A DNA stretch of 24,000 bases from positions 119,030 to 143,029 of the forward strand of contig NZ_LR792632.1 of assembly GCF_902827225.1 (NCBI RefSeq). Reading direction: 5' to 3'. Source of the stretch: Methanocaldococcus lauensis (lineage in GTDB: Archaea > AGJL01 > Methanococci > Methanococcales > Methanocaldococcaceae). The stretch's first letter is position 1. The number at the start of each line of letters is the position of its first letter. This document shows, one piece after another, positions 8,276-18,596 of the stretch. A model generated the notes under the pieces. The model was not told where the DNA came from. It worked only from the letters and a program-made list of their open reading frames with translations, and made no database searches. The translations under genes and the position numbers were made by a program.

Positions 8276-9493
8276 TTATAATTCCTTCAATAATTTCTTT
8301 AAAATTTCCACGTCACATTCAATTTTTATTGGCTCTTCACTCGCTCTTATAGCAGCATCTGGGTCTTTCAATCCATGTCCTGTTGTTATACAAACAATTC
8401 TTTCATCTCTATCAATAATCCCTTCTTCTAACAACTTCTTAAGTCCAGCTATTGAAGAGGCTGAAGCTGGTTCAACAAAAATTCCTTCTCTCCTTGCTAA
8501 TAATTTTTGTGCCTCTACAATCTCTTCATCAGTAACTGCCTCAGCATAGCCATTTGATGAATATATAGCATCTAATGCTTTTGGAGCATTTACTGGATTT
8601 CCAATTCTTATAGCAGTAGCAATTGTCTCTGGATTTTTGTATGGAACTATATCCTTTGCCCCTTTTCTAAATGCTTCAACAATTGGCTTAGCTCCTTCAG
8701 CTTGAATACCTGTCATTTTTGGAAGTTTGTCAATAATTCCAGTCATCTCAAACTCTTTAAATCCTTTCCATATTGCTGAAATATTTCCAGCATTTCCCAC
8801 TGGAACAATAACTCTATCTGGAACTTGCCAATTTAGTTGGTCGCAAATCTCAAATGCAATTGTTTTTTGTCCCTCCAATCTAAATGGATTTATTGAATTT
8901 AATAAATAAATTAATTTTTCTTTTGCTAACTGTTTAACCATATCTAAGGCATCGTCAAAGTTTCCTTTAATTTGTATAACTTTAGCTCCATAAAACATAG
9001 CCTGAGCTAATTTACCTAATGCCACTTTCCCCTCTGGTAATAAAACTATGCATTTTTTTCCACATCTTGCTGAATATGCAGCTAAAGATGCTGATGTGTT
9101 TCCTGTTGATGCACAACCAACAACTTCAACTCCTAACTCATTAGCTCTTGTTACCCCAACAGTCATCCCTCTATCTTTAAAACTTCCTGTAGGATTAGCC
9201 CCCTCATTCTTTACATAGAGTTCTTTAACTCCAAGCTCTTTCTCTAAGTTTTTACATCTATATAGGGGAGTCCCTCCTTCACATAAACTTACAATTTTAC
9301 TTTCATCTTTTACTGGTAAGTATTCTAAATACCTCCAAACACCAATTTCCCTTTCTCTAAATTTTTCTTTTGAAACTTTATCCTTTATCTCTTCATAATC
9401 ATAAACAATTTCTAACAATCCACCACACTCACAAGTATAAACTATTTCATCCACATCGTAAGTTTTTCCACACTTAATGCATCTTTGTATCAT
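8276..9493 (-). CDS. thrC: Threonine synthase
   Basis: N-terminal Cys-rich ribbon (CIKCGK..CECGG). PLP-lysine motif NPTGSFKDRG. Full-length PLP fold-type II pattern. GGTGA ribosome-binding site. Confidence 0.92.
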   Translation of the reverse strand: MIQRCIKCGKTYDVDEIVYTCECGGLLEIVYDYEEIKDKVSKEKFREREIGVWRYLEYLPVKDESKIVSLCEGGTPLYRCKNLEKELGVKELYVKNEGANPTGSFKDRGMTVGVTRANELGVEVVGCASTGNTSASLAAYSARCGKKCIVLLPEGKVALGKLAQAMFYGAKVIQIKGNFDDALDMVKQLAKEKLIYLLNSINPFRLEGQKTIAFEICDQLNWQVPDRVIVPVGNAGNISAIWKGFKEFEMTGIIDKLPKMTGIQAEGAKPIVEAFRKGAKDIVPYKNPETIATAIRIGNPVNAPKALDAIYSSNGYAEAVTDEEIVEAQKLLARREGIFVEPASASSIAGLKKLLEEGIIDRDERIVCITTGHGLKDPDAAIRASEEPIKIECDVEILKKLLKEL

Positions 9494-9640
9494 TATTACT
9501 CACCTCGTATAATTAAGATGATGTATTTCAGAAGATTATTTATATAGTTATTTATTGAATATTTGAAGTATTAATTAAAGTAATGTTTAATTTAAGATTA
9601 ACTTAAATTTAATTTTTGTAAAAGTATAGAGAGGGAGAAT

Positions 9641-10396
9641 GTGAAGATTGGAGTTTCGACTTGTATATTTTTAGATACTGATAAAAATTTAGAGAAATCC
9701 TTAAATATCTTAGAGAAAAAGGTTAAGTATGTTGAATTAGGTTGCGATGGAAATTTAAATATAATGTCAGATAAAAATATCGAAATAACAAAATCTTATA
9801 ATTTAAGATATACTTTACACTGTCCTATAACAGATCTAAATATATCATCATATAGAGAAAAAATAAGAAAAGTTAGTTTAGAGTTTGTTATAGATATTTT
9901 AAAGTGTGCAATAGATATTAACGCTAAATTAATCGTTTTACATCCTGGATATTCTGTTTTTAAAAGTGACTACAATAAATCTTTATCATCTTTAATAAAA
10001 AGTTTAAAGGAATTAAATAAAATTCAAGAAGAGTATGGGATACAGATAACTATTGAAAATATGCCCTCTTATGATATGTTTATGTTTAGACATCCAGAAA
10101 AATCAATTATAGAAAATTTAGATGAGTTAAAAATAACTTTTGATATAGGTCACTCTTTTTTAAATAATAATATCCAAAATTTTTTAGAGCTGTCTGATTT
10201 AATTGCTCATATTCATATCCACGACAATAATGGAGAGTTTGACGAACATCTATGTATTGGAAAAGGAAAAATCAACTTTAATGATTTTAAGAAAGATTTA
10301 AAAAGAATTAACGCCATAAAAATGATTGAATTACAAAAGAAAAGTTTAAATGATTTAGATATATGCATACAAAATTTAAAAGAACTTTTAAAGTGA
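9641..10396 (+). CDS. Xylose-isomerase-like TIM-barrel protein (sugar phosphate isomerase/epimerase family)
   Basis: MKIGVST.., ..LHPG.., ..ENM.., ..HIHIHDNNGEFDEHLCIGKGKINF.. follows the metal-ligand pattern of the AP-endonuclease-2/xylose-isomerase-like fold. GTG start. Confidence 0.7.
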   Translation: MKIGVSTCIFLDTDKNLEKSLNILEKKVKYVELGCDGNLNIMSDKNIEITKSYNLRYTLHCPITDLNISSYREKIRKVSLEFVIDILKCAIDINAKLIVLHPGYSVFKSDYNKSLSSLIKSLKELNKIQEEYGIQITIENMPSYDMFMFRHPEKSIIENLDELKITFDIGHSFLNNNIQNFLELSDLIAHIHIHDNNGEFDEHLCIGKGKINFNDFKKDLKRINAIKMIELQKKSLNDLDICIQNLKELLK

Positions 10397-10401
10397 TGTA
10401 T

Positions 10402-11172
10402 ATGGAGATAGAAAATGTATTGTCAATGGATGATTGGAGAGCATATAAAGTTCCCCATAATGTGGAAGTTGATGGTTTAGTAGAAAAAACAAAAACCTTA
10501 ATAATTGAATTTGAAAATAAAAGAAGAGTTTTATCTACAAGAGAAGGATTTAAGATAGTAAAATATGTTGGAAATCATTCAATTCCAGAGGTTTTTTGGG
10601 ATAAAGTTCATCACTATAAAGATTATGAAAGTAAAATTTTAAAAACTATTGGAATAAAAAAGGATGAGATAGCGTTATTATCAACTGGAGCTAATATGGA
10701 TAATTTAGCAGTTGCAAAAGAAGAGTTTGATGAGTTTTATGTAATTGCCTTTACCACTGCTGGGGCAAAATATAACGCAATTAGATTGGGAGATGAAGAG
10801 GCAGATTATATAGAAAAAGATTTTAAAACATACAAAATAGTAGATGGTAAGATAGTTCCAAAAGAAAATATAGGGACAGTTAATATTATTTTAATAACCA
10901 ATGCTAATCTAACAGATGGAGCTATGGCAAGGGCAATAATAACCATTACAGAGGCAAAAACTAATGCATTCCAAGAATTGAATGTTAGGAGTACCAAACA
11001 TCCTGAATTATTAGCCACAGGAACAGGAACTGACAATATAATTGTTGTTAAAGGTTTTGGAAGAGGAGTAGATTATACTGGAGGACATACAAAGATGGGA
11101 GAGATGATAGCAAAAGCCGTTAAAAAGAGTGTTATTGAAGCTTTAATAAAACAGGATAATATTAAAATTTAA
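10402..11172 (+). CDS. CbiZ-like protein (adenosylcobinamide amidohydrolase family)
   Basis: ..FTTAGAKYNAIR.., ..GTVNIILITNANLTDGAMARAIITITEAKTNAF.., ..ATGTGTDNIIV.. resemble CbiZ-family motifs. An alternative start at 10396 would overlap the upstream stop (TGATG). Confidence 0.5.
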   Translation: MEIENVLSMDDWRAYKVPHNVEVDGLVEKTKTLIIEFENKRRVLSTREGFKIVKYVGNHSIPEVFWDKVHHYKDYESKILKTIGIKKDEIALLSTGANMDNLAVAKEEFDEFYVIAFTTAGAKYNAIRLGDEEADYIEKDFKTYKIVDGKIVPKENIGTVNIILITNANLTDGAMARAIITITEAKTNAFQELNVRSTKHPELLATGTGTDNIIVVKGFGRGVDYTGGHTKMGEMIAKAVKKSVIEALIKQDNIKI

Positions 11173-11207
11173 TTTAAAATTTAAAGAAAACTTGATGGAG
11201 GGTAAAA

Positions 11208-11420
11208 ATGAAGGTGGATATAAAGATAAACGAAGATTTTTGTAAAGGTTGTGAGATTTGTATTGTAGTATGTCCAAAAAAAGTTTATGAGAAGTCAAAA
11301 AAATTAAATAAAAGAGGTGTCTATCCACCAATCCCTGTAAATGCTGATAAATGCACATTATGTAACTTATGTATATTACAGTGTCCAGATCAGGCAATAT
11401 CTATTGATGTGCAAAAATAA
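11208..11420 (+). CDS. 2x[4Fe-4S] ferredoxin
   Basis: Two CxxCxxCxxxCP motifs (CKGCEICIVVCP and CTLCNLCILQCP) in 70 aa. GGAGGG ribosome-binding site. Confidence 0.9.
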   Translation: MKVDIKINEDFCKGCEICIVVCPKKVYEKSKKLNKRGVYPPIPVNADKCTLCNLCILQCPDQAISIDVQK

Positions 11421-11546
11421 CAAAAATATTCTTATAGATTTTTATTTATAAATTTATCAATTACAATTTAACAATTAGAAAAGGTTATAATTAAGTTACA
11501 GACTTAAATTTCTATTATCACCAAATATATTATGTGAGATGAGATG

Positions 11547-12353
11547 ATGATTCAAATAACTGTTATTCAGATAGACAATTACGGACCTTGGACAGTTACT
11601 CCAAATCCAAGGAGAGAAAGTGACTTACAGGCATTACAGAGTAGATTGTATGCTGATTTAAATCTTATGTTTGGAGCACATAAAGGACTTGTATTTTATA
11701 CAAGATTTGACAACTTAATTGCTATAACAAATGGAATTGATTTAATTACTCATAAAAGAATTCAAGAGAGTATAAGGAATAGGTATCCTTTTACTGTTAG
11801 TATGGCTATAGCTTCGGCAGAAACACCCTATGAGGCACAAAAATTGGCAACAGAAACATTACAAGAGTATGGAAGTGCTCAGGACGAGAATAGAAAAGAG
11901 GTTTTAGATGTAGCCAATGAGTTAGTTGTTGATGGATACGTTCAAATAGCCCATATTGACATAAACAACATTACTGGGACCTTTACAGACATCGTTAGTG
12001 CTTATGACACTTATATAAATGTAAATAAGGTTAAATTATATCTTATGGAGGAACTATTAAAACATAAGGCTTTACTGTTTTTTATAGGTGGAGACAACTT
12101 TATGGCTCCATCAAATGGTATGGATGAAGAGGATTTCCTAAAAATTTTTGATAAAATTAAAAATAAATACAATATTGAATTAAAGGCAGGAATTGGAATT
12201 GGAAAAACTGCTGAGGATGCTTCAAACTTGGCTGATATTGGATTAGAAAAGATAAGAATGAAGTTAGTAAATAAAAATATATGCGTTTTAAGACAAGAAG
12301 ATATTATAGAACAAAATTTATCAACTAAAAAGTTATGCGAATTACAAAGGTGA
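11547..12353 (+). CDS. gch3: GTP cyclohydrolase III
   Basis: The N-terminus [38 protein letters not shown].. matches the archaeal GTP cyclohydrolase III family as I recall it from Methanocaldococcus. Confidence 0.85.
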   Translation: MIQITVIQIDNYGPWTVTPNPRRESDLQALQSRLYADLNLMFGAHKGLVFYTRFDNLIAITNGIDLITHKRIQESIRNRYPFTVSMAIASAETPYEAQKLATETLQEYGSAQDENRKEVLDVANELVVDGYVQIAHIDINNITGTFTDIVSAYDTYINVNKVKLYLMEELLKHKALLFFIGGDNFMAPSNGMDEEDFLKIFDKIKNKYNIELKAGIGIGKTAEDASNLADIGLEKIRMKLVNKNICVLRQEDIIEQNLSTKKLCELQR

Positions 12354-12361
12354 ATATTACA

Positions 12362-13141
12362 ATGAAAAAAATTGATAAACTACTTAAATTAAATAAAAAA
12401 GTTGTTTTAGCTCCAATGGCTGGAATTACTGATGGAGATTTTTGTATGCAATTTAAGGGTTTGTTTGGTATTGTGACAATTGGAGGATATAATTTAGATT
12501 CCTTAACTTATGAGGCAAGTATAAAAATGGAAAAAAGAGGAAGAAAAGAATTTGTAATAGATTTGGATGAATTTAATGATTATATTATAAATGAAATAAA
12601 AAAGGCAAGAAATAGTAATTCATTAGTGTCAGTTAATGTTAGATTTGTCAATATAGACGAAGCATATGATAGATTATTAACTATCTCAAAATATGCTGAT
12701 ATTATAGAATTAAATTGCCATTGTAGGCAGAAGGAGATAACTTCATTAGGAATTGGGCAGGAGTTAATGAAAAACAAATCTCTTTTAAAAGAATTTTTAT
12801 ATAGAATGAATAATTTAAATAAACCAATATTTTTAAAAATCAGATTAAATTATATTTCTTTAAGCAAATTAATAGAAAATTTAGACTATGTTAGAGACTA
12901 TTTTGATGGATTACACATTGACTGTTTTTATCCAGGAAATCCTTATGCAGATTTAAACTCATTAAAAATCTTATCAGAGAATTTTAAAGATAAAATAATT
13001 ATTGGAAACAATTCTGTTGATTCACTAAATAAAGCCTTGGAGATGCTAAAATATTCTGACTTTGTATCTGTTGCAAGATGTGTATTAAAGGGAAATATTG
13101 AATGGATAAAAGAGTTAAATAAAATTAATTTCAGTTATTAA
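12362..13141 (+). CDS. Dus-like FMN-binding TIM-barrel protein, function uncertain
   Basis: ..VVLAPMAGITDGDF.. resembles the dihydrouridine-synthase N-terminal motif, and ..ELNCHCRQ.. carries a candidate catalytic Cys. ATG at 12362 follows GGTGA. Confidence 0.55.
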   Translation: MKKIDKLLKLNKKVVLAPMAGITDGDFCMQFKGLFGIVTIGGYNLDSLTYEASIKMEKRGRKEFVIDLDEFNDYIINEIKKARNSNSLVSVNVRFVNIDEAYDRLLTISKYADIIELNCHCRQKEITSLGIGQELMKNKSLLKEFLYRMNNLNKPIFLKIRLNYISLSKLIENLDYVRDYFDGLHIDCFYPGNPYADLNSLKILSENFKDKIIIGNNSVDSLNKALEMLKYSDFVSVARCVLKGNIEWIKELNKINFSY

Positions 13142-14297
13142 CATTTTTTAAATGCTTTGCTAACTTTTCAAAAATTTCTTCATCTTCAATGTTTTCAAAT
13201 ATTTTTATTACGTCGTAAATTATCTTTTTGCACATAGCCTTTGAAAAGTTATCTAAGACTTCCTCAACAGGCTTATTTTTATTTTTTAGTATTTTTAAAG
13301 CCTTCTCTACCTCTCTTTTTCTCATATTTTCAATATACTGCCCAAATTCTTGTATTACTTTTTCAAATTTCATTTTGTCGAGAATTTCCTTTAAATTTCT
13401 TAGTTCTTCCTCAATAATTAACTCTACCTTTGGAATCTCATCCTTTCTCTTTTTTAGATTTTCCTCTGCCACCAATCTTAAATCATCTATTGTAAATAAA
13501 AATATATCTGGTAGTTCTCTGATGTCATCTGTTGTATCTCTTGGATTCGCTATATCAATAATAACTGTCTTTCCAGCGTTTTTTAATCTTTCTTTATTCA
13601 AAATTGGATGAGGAGCCCCAGTGGCAGAGATGACAATATCAGCATATCTCAAAGCCTCCTCCAATTTATCAAAATTTATGGCAATTCCTCCAAGTTCTTT
13701 AGCTAATTTTTCAGCCTTTTCATAAGTTCTATTTGCTACAATTATAGCTTTAATATTTTTCTCTTTTAACGCCTTAATAACTAAAGTAGCCATTTCTCCA
13801 GCTCCTATTAATAGAACATTTTTTCCCTCTAAACCAAAGATTTTTTCAGCCAACTCAACAGCCGCAGAACCTATTGAAACTCCTCCCTTATTTATGTTTG
13901 TTTCTACTCTTGCCCTTTGCCCAGTATGAATCGCCTTTAAAATTATCTTCTCTAATTTTTTTGATATTTTTCCTTTCTCTTTTGCCTTTAAATATGCATT
14001 TTTCAACTGTCCTAATATTTGGTCTTCTCCCACAATCATTGACTCTAAGCCACAGGCTACTCTAAAAATATGCTCTATTGCTTCATCTCCATATAGAATG
14101 TCAAATTTTTTTAAATCAATATTTTCAATTCCTTTAATTTCATCTAAACTGTCAGCGTCAAAAATTAATTCTACCCTATTACAGGTTTGTAAAAGTATAG
14201 CGTTGTCAAACATCTTATAAAATTCCTCTTCATCAAATCTAAGTTTTTCTAACTCAGAGACATTGTATTTTTTATAATCTGCCTTTAATATTATCAT
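13131..14297 (-). CDS. hemA: Glutamyl-tRNA reductase
   Basis: ..LLQTCNRVEL.. (catalytic Cys motif). NADPH Rossmann motif ..LLIGAGEMA... The length and architecture fit HemA. Confidence 0.93.
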   Translation of the reverse strand: MIILKADYKKYNVSELEKLRFDEEEFYKMFDNAILLQTCNRVELIFDADSLDEIKGIENIDLKKFDILYGDEAIEHIFRVACGLESMIVGEDQILGQLKNAYLKAKEKGKISKKLEKIILKAIHTGQRARVETNINKGGVSIGSAAVELAEKIFGLEGKNVLLIGAGEMATLVIKALKEKNIKAIIVANRTYEKAEKLAKELGGIAINFDKLEEALRYADIVISATGAPHPILNKERLKNAGKTVIIDIANPRDTTDDIRELPDIFLFTIDDLRLVAEENLKKRKDEIPKVELIIEEELRNLKEILDKMKFEKVIQEFGQYIENMRKREVEKALKILKNKNKPVEEVLDNFSKAMCKKIIYDVIKIFENIEDEEIFEKLAKHLKNVNN

Positions 14298-14913
14298 TTT
14301 TCTCCCGTTCCCACTTTTTTATTAAATTTTTTAGTTCTTCTCTAAATCTTTCATCTTCAAAAATCATTTTTAATATTTTTTTTCTATCCTTTTGATTTGG
14401 ATAATTTTCTTTTAAAAATTCTCTAATATTTGCTATTAAATCAATATCTTTTGATTTTAAATAATTTTCAACGAAAATTCTTATATTTTTTGCAATTAGA
14501 GGGCTTTTTCCTTTTGTGTATATGCTAAATATTACTTCATCCACTTCTGTGTATGCAGGAATTATAAAATTAACTCCTTCAACATTTGTTGAAGAATTTA
14601 CGAACTTATTTAACTCCTTAGAAATTTTAACTATTCTTTTATTAATTTCATCGTTTATAGCAGAGACAATAAAGTCATAATTACTTATAATGTTTTTTAG
14701 ATCATCATCACTTAATTTATTAATATCTATTTTAATTAACTTCAAGTTTTTATTATTTTCTTTTAACTTTAAAATTTCTTCATCAAATTCCTTAGAATAA
14801 ATATCAACAATGCCCCCATTTTTTAATATTTTTTTTGCTCTCCGTTTTCCAACTTCTCCACAACCAAATATAGCAATTTTTTTACCTTCGAAAGATAACA
14901 AAACAGGAAGCAA
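14272..14913 (-). CDS. sirC: Precorrin-2 dehydrogenase / sirohydrochlorin ferrochelatase (SirC/Met8-like, siroheme synthase N-terminal type)
   Basis: ..IAIFGCGEVGKRRAKKIL.. Rossmann motif and ..YTKGKSPLIAKNIR.. motif. Overlaps hemA by 26 nt. Confidence 0.8.
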   Translation of the reverse strand: MLPVLLSFEGKKIAIFGCGEVGKRRAKKILKNGGIVDIYSKEFDEEILKLKENNKNLKLIKIDINKLSDDDLKNIISNYDFIVSAINDEINKRIVKISKELNKFVNSSTNVEGVNFIIPAYTEVDEVIFSIYTKGKSPLIAKNIRIFVENYLKSKDIDLIANIREFLKENYPNQKDRKKILKMIFEDERFREELKNLIKKWEREKNDNIKGRL

Positions 14914-14914
14914 C

Positions 14915-16417
14915 TTAATCCCCCCACAATATCCCTTCTAAATATTTTTTATAAGCTTTAATTATTTTAACTTTTTTTATTTTTCCAATATATTGAGATC
15001 CATTTTTAACAACAACCATTAATCCACTATCTGGGAGATAGCCAATAGCGTCATTTTTGTTTTTAAAGTGCCTTTCTGATATTATAACCTCCAAAATTTT
15101 TCCAATATATTTTTTCTTTATCTCTAAGTTTATTTTGTTGGCAGTTTCTTTAATTAATAATGAATACTTTGAAATGTTCGGCTTAAAATTCTGAAATGCA
15201 GACATTGGGAGTGGTCTAAACTTATAGACAGTTATTTTATCAATGTAATTTTTAATTTTGTGCATAAAATTAATTGTATTCTTTACAGTTCTTTCATTCT
15301 CTCCCGGTAGTCCGTAAATAAAATAAACTTGTGCCTTTAAATTATATTTTTTTGCCAATTTTACAGCTTTTAAAACATCGTTTGGAGTAGATGGCCTTCC
15401 TAATAATTTACAATGTTCTTCATCTCCACTCTCACAGCCAATATATATTGAAGTTTTTAGATACTTACTGAATATTTTTGCCACTCTTTCATTAAACAAA
15501 TTTGCCTTTACATTCTCAACTAATATATTTGCCTTATACTTATTAGCCAATTCTTTGCATTTAGATAACAATGACTCAATTGCCTCATAATTTGGTTCTG
15601 GATAGTATGGATTTATTAACTTTTCTTCTCTCTGATAATCTAAAAAATCTGGAGCAGATAAAACTATCTTTTTTACACCTTCTTTTAATAACTCTTCTAT
15701 CTCTATTAAGATAGCATCTTCATCTCTACTCCTTGCATAACCAAAAACTGATGGGACAGAGCAGAAGCCACAACCTGGATTTATATTTAAAGGACATTTT
15801 AATGTTCCATTTTTACATAAATTACACTTTTTATTGGTGCATAGTAATAGAGGTCTTTTAAAATTACTACAACCTCTAACAACTTCCACATATACTCTTG
15901 CAGAAAAATAGTTTTTGTAATCTTTAATCTCAGTTGATGGCGTTATTAGCTTTAAATCAGTTAAAATTTCTCTTAGTGGATTTATTTTTAGTTCATCACT
16001 ATCATAATCCCAGTATGTAGTTCCTTTAACTCCTTCAGCATTGAAATCTTTTTTTATCAGTTCTCTTATAGTAATCTCTCCCTCTCCTACTATGCTAATA
16101 TCTCCCTCTATTTTTTCTAAAAGATATAAATCATTAGCTATTGGACCTCCAATAATTATTTTACTGTCAGTTTTTAACTTAAGTTTTTCAACTAACCTTT
16201 TAACACATTTAAAATCTGATGTCATTGCACTGATAAAAATTACATCGTATTTTTTAGTTTCATTAATGTTTAAATCTTCTATTGGTATAATTTTGGCGTT
16301 AATACCTTCATTTTGTAAAATTCCTTTAACAGTTCTTGGTCCCGCCCCTATGACATCTCTCGCTAAAACTCTTTTTCCGTCTGTAGAGGCTAAACAGTCA
16401 ATAATTAACGATTTCAT
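14915..16417 (-). CDS. Radical-SAM protein with B12-binding-like N-domain and C-terminal TRAM domain
   Basis: The cluster motif is split: ..VVRGCSNF.. and ..GCGFCSVP.., separated by a Cys-rich insert (CTNKKCNLCKNGTLKC). The C-terminal ..GKILEVIISE..GKIKKVKIIKA.. is TRAM-like. Confidence 0.7.
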   Translation of the reverse strand: MKSLIIDCLASTDGKRVLARDVIGAGPRTVKGILQNEGINAKIIPIEDLNINETKKYDVIFISAMTSDFKCVKRLVEKLKLKTDSKIIIGGPIANDLYLLEKIEGDISIVGEGEITIRELIKKDFNAEGVKGTTYWDYDSDELKINPLREILTDLKLITPSTEIKDYKNYFSARVYVEVVRGCSNFKRPLLLCTNKKCNLCKNGTLKCPLNINPGCGFCSVPSVFGYARSRDEDAILIEIEELLKEGVKKIVLSAPDFLDYQREEKLINPYYPEPNYEAIESLLSKCKELANKYKANILVENVKANLFNERVAKIFSKYLKTSIYIGCESGDEEHCKLLGRPSTPNDVLKAVKLAKKYNLKAQVYFIYGLPGENERTVKNTINFMHKIKNYIDKITVYKFRPLPMSAFQNFKPNISKYSLLIKETANKINLEIKKKYIGKILEVIISERHFKNKNDAIGYLPDSGLMVVVKNGSQYIGKIKKVKIIKAYKKYLEGILWGD

Positions 16418-16640
16418 TATCTCACTATGTTATTAATTTTTCTAAAGTAAAAATTAAATAATCAAAACAATGCAATGAACCATAAATGAGGTTATTGTTA
16501 AAAAATTATCTAAAATTATCTTATTATTCCTTATATTTGGACGTCACATAAAGTATAAACAACCATAAAATTTTTATAGATATTATTATACTACAATCTA
16601 CATTCTTTATTAAGCCTATTTTATTTTTAAGGAGATGTTT

Positions 16641-17507
16641 ATGGTAAAGATAACAATCATATCTCCAGAAGGAAAGAGTTGTAGCGTTTGGAACTTAAAA
16701 AATGAAATTGAAAAATTGGGTTATAAGGCGGAAATATTTTTACTTTCTCATCCTGAAGCATTAATGAGTTATGATTTTAAATTGGATTGTGATTTAATTC
16801 ATTCAAGATGTGGAATTGGATGTTATTTTGACAGATTAACTCTTTACTCATGGCAATTTATAAATGCCTTAGAAATTGAAGGTTATAAATTTGTTAATTC
16901 TCTCAAAACTATTTATTTAACTTCAGATAAATTTAAAAGTATTAAATTACTTGCAAAAAATAAAATACCTACTCCAAAAACAGCATTAATTAGAGATTAC
17001 GAAGATGCTGTAAGATTTATAAAAAAATACAATTTAAGTTTTCCAGTAGTTATAAAAGATTCATTTTCAAAGTGCGGTTTAAGAGTATTTATAGCAAGAA
17101 ATTTTGATGAGTTAAAAAATCTTACAAAAAATGCTATATGGGAAGGTAAATTAATACAAGAATTTATTAACTTTAAAGAAGGAGATTTATATAAAGACAT
17201 GAGAATATTAGTTGTTGATGGAGAAGTTGTAGGGGGATATAGGAGGGTTAGCAGAGATTTTAGAACTAATATTTACTTAGGAAACTATGTTGAAGAATTA
17301 AAAATAGATGAAGAACTCGAAGAATTAGCATTGAAATGTGCTGAATTGTCAGGGGCTATAATATTAGGAGTAGATATTCTACCAACTAAAGAAGATTATT
17401 ATGTTATTGAATTAAACTCTGCTCCTGGAACTAAAGGTTTTAAATATTTAGGAATAAATGCAGATAAAAAAATAGCTGAGGCATTAGTGAGATATGCTAA
17501 ACAATAA
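16641..17507 (+). CDS. RimK-type ATP-grasp alpha-L-glutamate ligase (MptN/CofF-like)
   Basis: ATP-grasp pattern (..FPVVIKDSFSKCGLRVF.., ..ILGVDILP.., ..VIELNSAPG..). Methanocaldococcus RimK homologues are MptN and CofF; I cannot tell which this is. The start at 16641 gives better spacing from GGAG than 16635. Confidence 0.75.
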   Translation: MVKITIISPEGKSCSVWNLKNEIEKLGYKAEIFLLSHPEALMSYDFKLDCDLIHSRCGIGCYFDRLTLYSWQFINALEIEGYKFVNSLKTIYLTSDKFKSIKLLAKNKIPTPKTALIRDYEDAVRFIKKYNLSFPVVIKDSFSKCGLRVFIARNFDELKNLTKNAIWEGKLIQEFINFKEGDLYKDMRILVVDGEVVGGYRRVSRDFRTNIYLGNYVEELKIDEELEELALKCAELSGAIILGVDILPTKEDYYVIELNSAPGTKGFKYLGINADKKIAEALVRYAKQ

Positions 17508-17516
17508 GGTGGAGTT

Positions 17517-18440
17517 ATGATTGCTAAGTATATAATAAAGCATGGATTAGAGTTAGCACATGACATTAAAGCAGATGCATTTATGATATTTACAGAAACT
17601 GGGAACTCTTATGAAATACTAAAAAAACTACTAAAAAAAAGCAATAACACAAAAATATTTGATATTTTGAATATACACAAAAAATTAAAAATAATTGTAG
17701 CTACTCCAAATAAAGCAACTTACAAAAAAATTACCAAAGAAAATATTGACAGTGTTTATCCTTTATATATTAAGCATAGAGAAGACAACAGATGCATGAT
17801 AATAAGTAGCGGGATAGTTCATGCCCTTCAATTAAATATTTTAAAAGATAATTATAGAATTGTAGCTGTAGTTGGAGAGCCAAAAGTTCCTGGTAAGTTA
17901 GATACTATAATGGTTGTTAATGTGAAAGATCACGTAAAAGAGTTAGAATTATATAAACTCTTTGAAGAGTTAGATGAAAAACAGAAAAAAACATTAAAAG
18001 AAATTTTAAAATTAGCTATGGAGATTGGGAGAGAGGGAAGAGAAGGAAAATATGTAGGAACAATATTTGTTATTGGAGATACTTTAAATGTTATGAGTAT
18101 GTCAAAACCTTTAATATTAAATCCATTTGCAGGACACGATGCAAGTATCTTTGATGAAAATGTAAAAGGGACTATAAAAGAACTCTCATCAATAGATGGA
18201 GCATTTATAATTACTGACGAAGGAAAAGTAGTTTCTGCTGGAAGACTTATAGAATGTAAAGGAGATATTAACATTAAAAAAGGATTAGGAGCGAGACACG
18301 TAGCTGCAGCAAGTATAACAAAAAATACAAATGCCATTGCCGTTACAGTATCTCAAAGTGGTGGAATAGTTAGAATATTTAAAGATGGCAAAATTGTTTT
18401 TGAAGCAGACCCAAGGGAGAATATTTTATTACTTGAATGA
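17517..18440 (+). CDS. dacZ: DacZ-type diadenylate cyclase (pyruvate-kinase-C-like N-domain plus DAC domain)
   Basis: DAC-domain motifs ..GTIFVIGD.., ..DGAFII.., ..GLGARHVAAASIT.., ..VSQSGGIVRIF... The N-terminal ..ADAFMIFTETGNS.. resembles the PK C-terminal fold. GGTGGA ribosome-binding site. Confidence 0.8.
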   Translation: MIAKYIIKHGLELAHDIKADAFMIFTETGNSYEILKKLLKKSNNTKIFDILNIHKKLKIIVATPNKATYKKITKENIDSVYPLYIKHREDNRCMIISSGIVHALQLNILKDNYRIVAVVGEPKVPGKLDTIMVVNVKDHVKELELYKLFEELDEKQKKTLKEILKLAMEIGREGREGKYVGTIFVIGDTLNVMSMSKPLILNPFAGHDASIFDENVKGTIKELSSIDGAFIITDEGKVVSAGRLIECKGDINIKKGLGARHVAAASITKNTNAIAVTVSQSGGIVRIFKDGKIVFEADPRENILLLE

Positions 18441-18445
18441 TTATG

Positions 18446-18573
18446 GTTTATTAAAATAAGGATGGAAACCTGTATAAAAATAAAAATAATTAAAAAAAGC
18501 AAGCTTAATATGGGAGGTATACCAATAGGAGGGTGGAACCCTCCTATGGGTTTATTAAAATAAGGATGAAAAC
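18446..18573 (+). repeat. Two 24-nt mini-repeats (deletion derivatives of the 37-nt class B CRISPR repeat) flanking an 80-nt segment with a hairpin element
   Basis: GTTTATTAAAATAAGGATGGAAAC at 18446-18469 and GTTTATTAAAATAAGGATGAAAAC at 18550-18573. Hairpin element GGGAGGTATACCAATAGGAGGGT-GGA-ACCCTCCTATGGG at 18512-18550. Confidence 0.8.
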
Positions 18574-18596
18574 AGTGTAATAAGATAGAAAAATGA

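Noticed and set aside
8161-8909. ORFs 8161-8352 (+) and 8727-8909 (+)
   Set aside because: They are antisense to the leuD start, the intergenic region and thrC. They are short and carry no recognisable features.
10806-11397. ORFs 10806-11036 (-) and 11143-11397 (-)
   Set aside because: They are antisense to the CbiZ-like gene and the ferredoxin gene, both of which carry clear motifs on the plus strand.
12580-14065. ORFs 12580-12777 (-), 13228-13611 (+) and 13874-14065 (+)
   Set aside because: These are shadow ORFs antisense to the Dus-like gene and hemA.
16041-18337. ORFs 16041-16436 (+), 16997-17200 (-) and 17930-18337 (-)
   Set aside because: They are antisense to the radical-SAM, ATP-grasp and dacZ genes, and have low-complexity translations.
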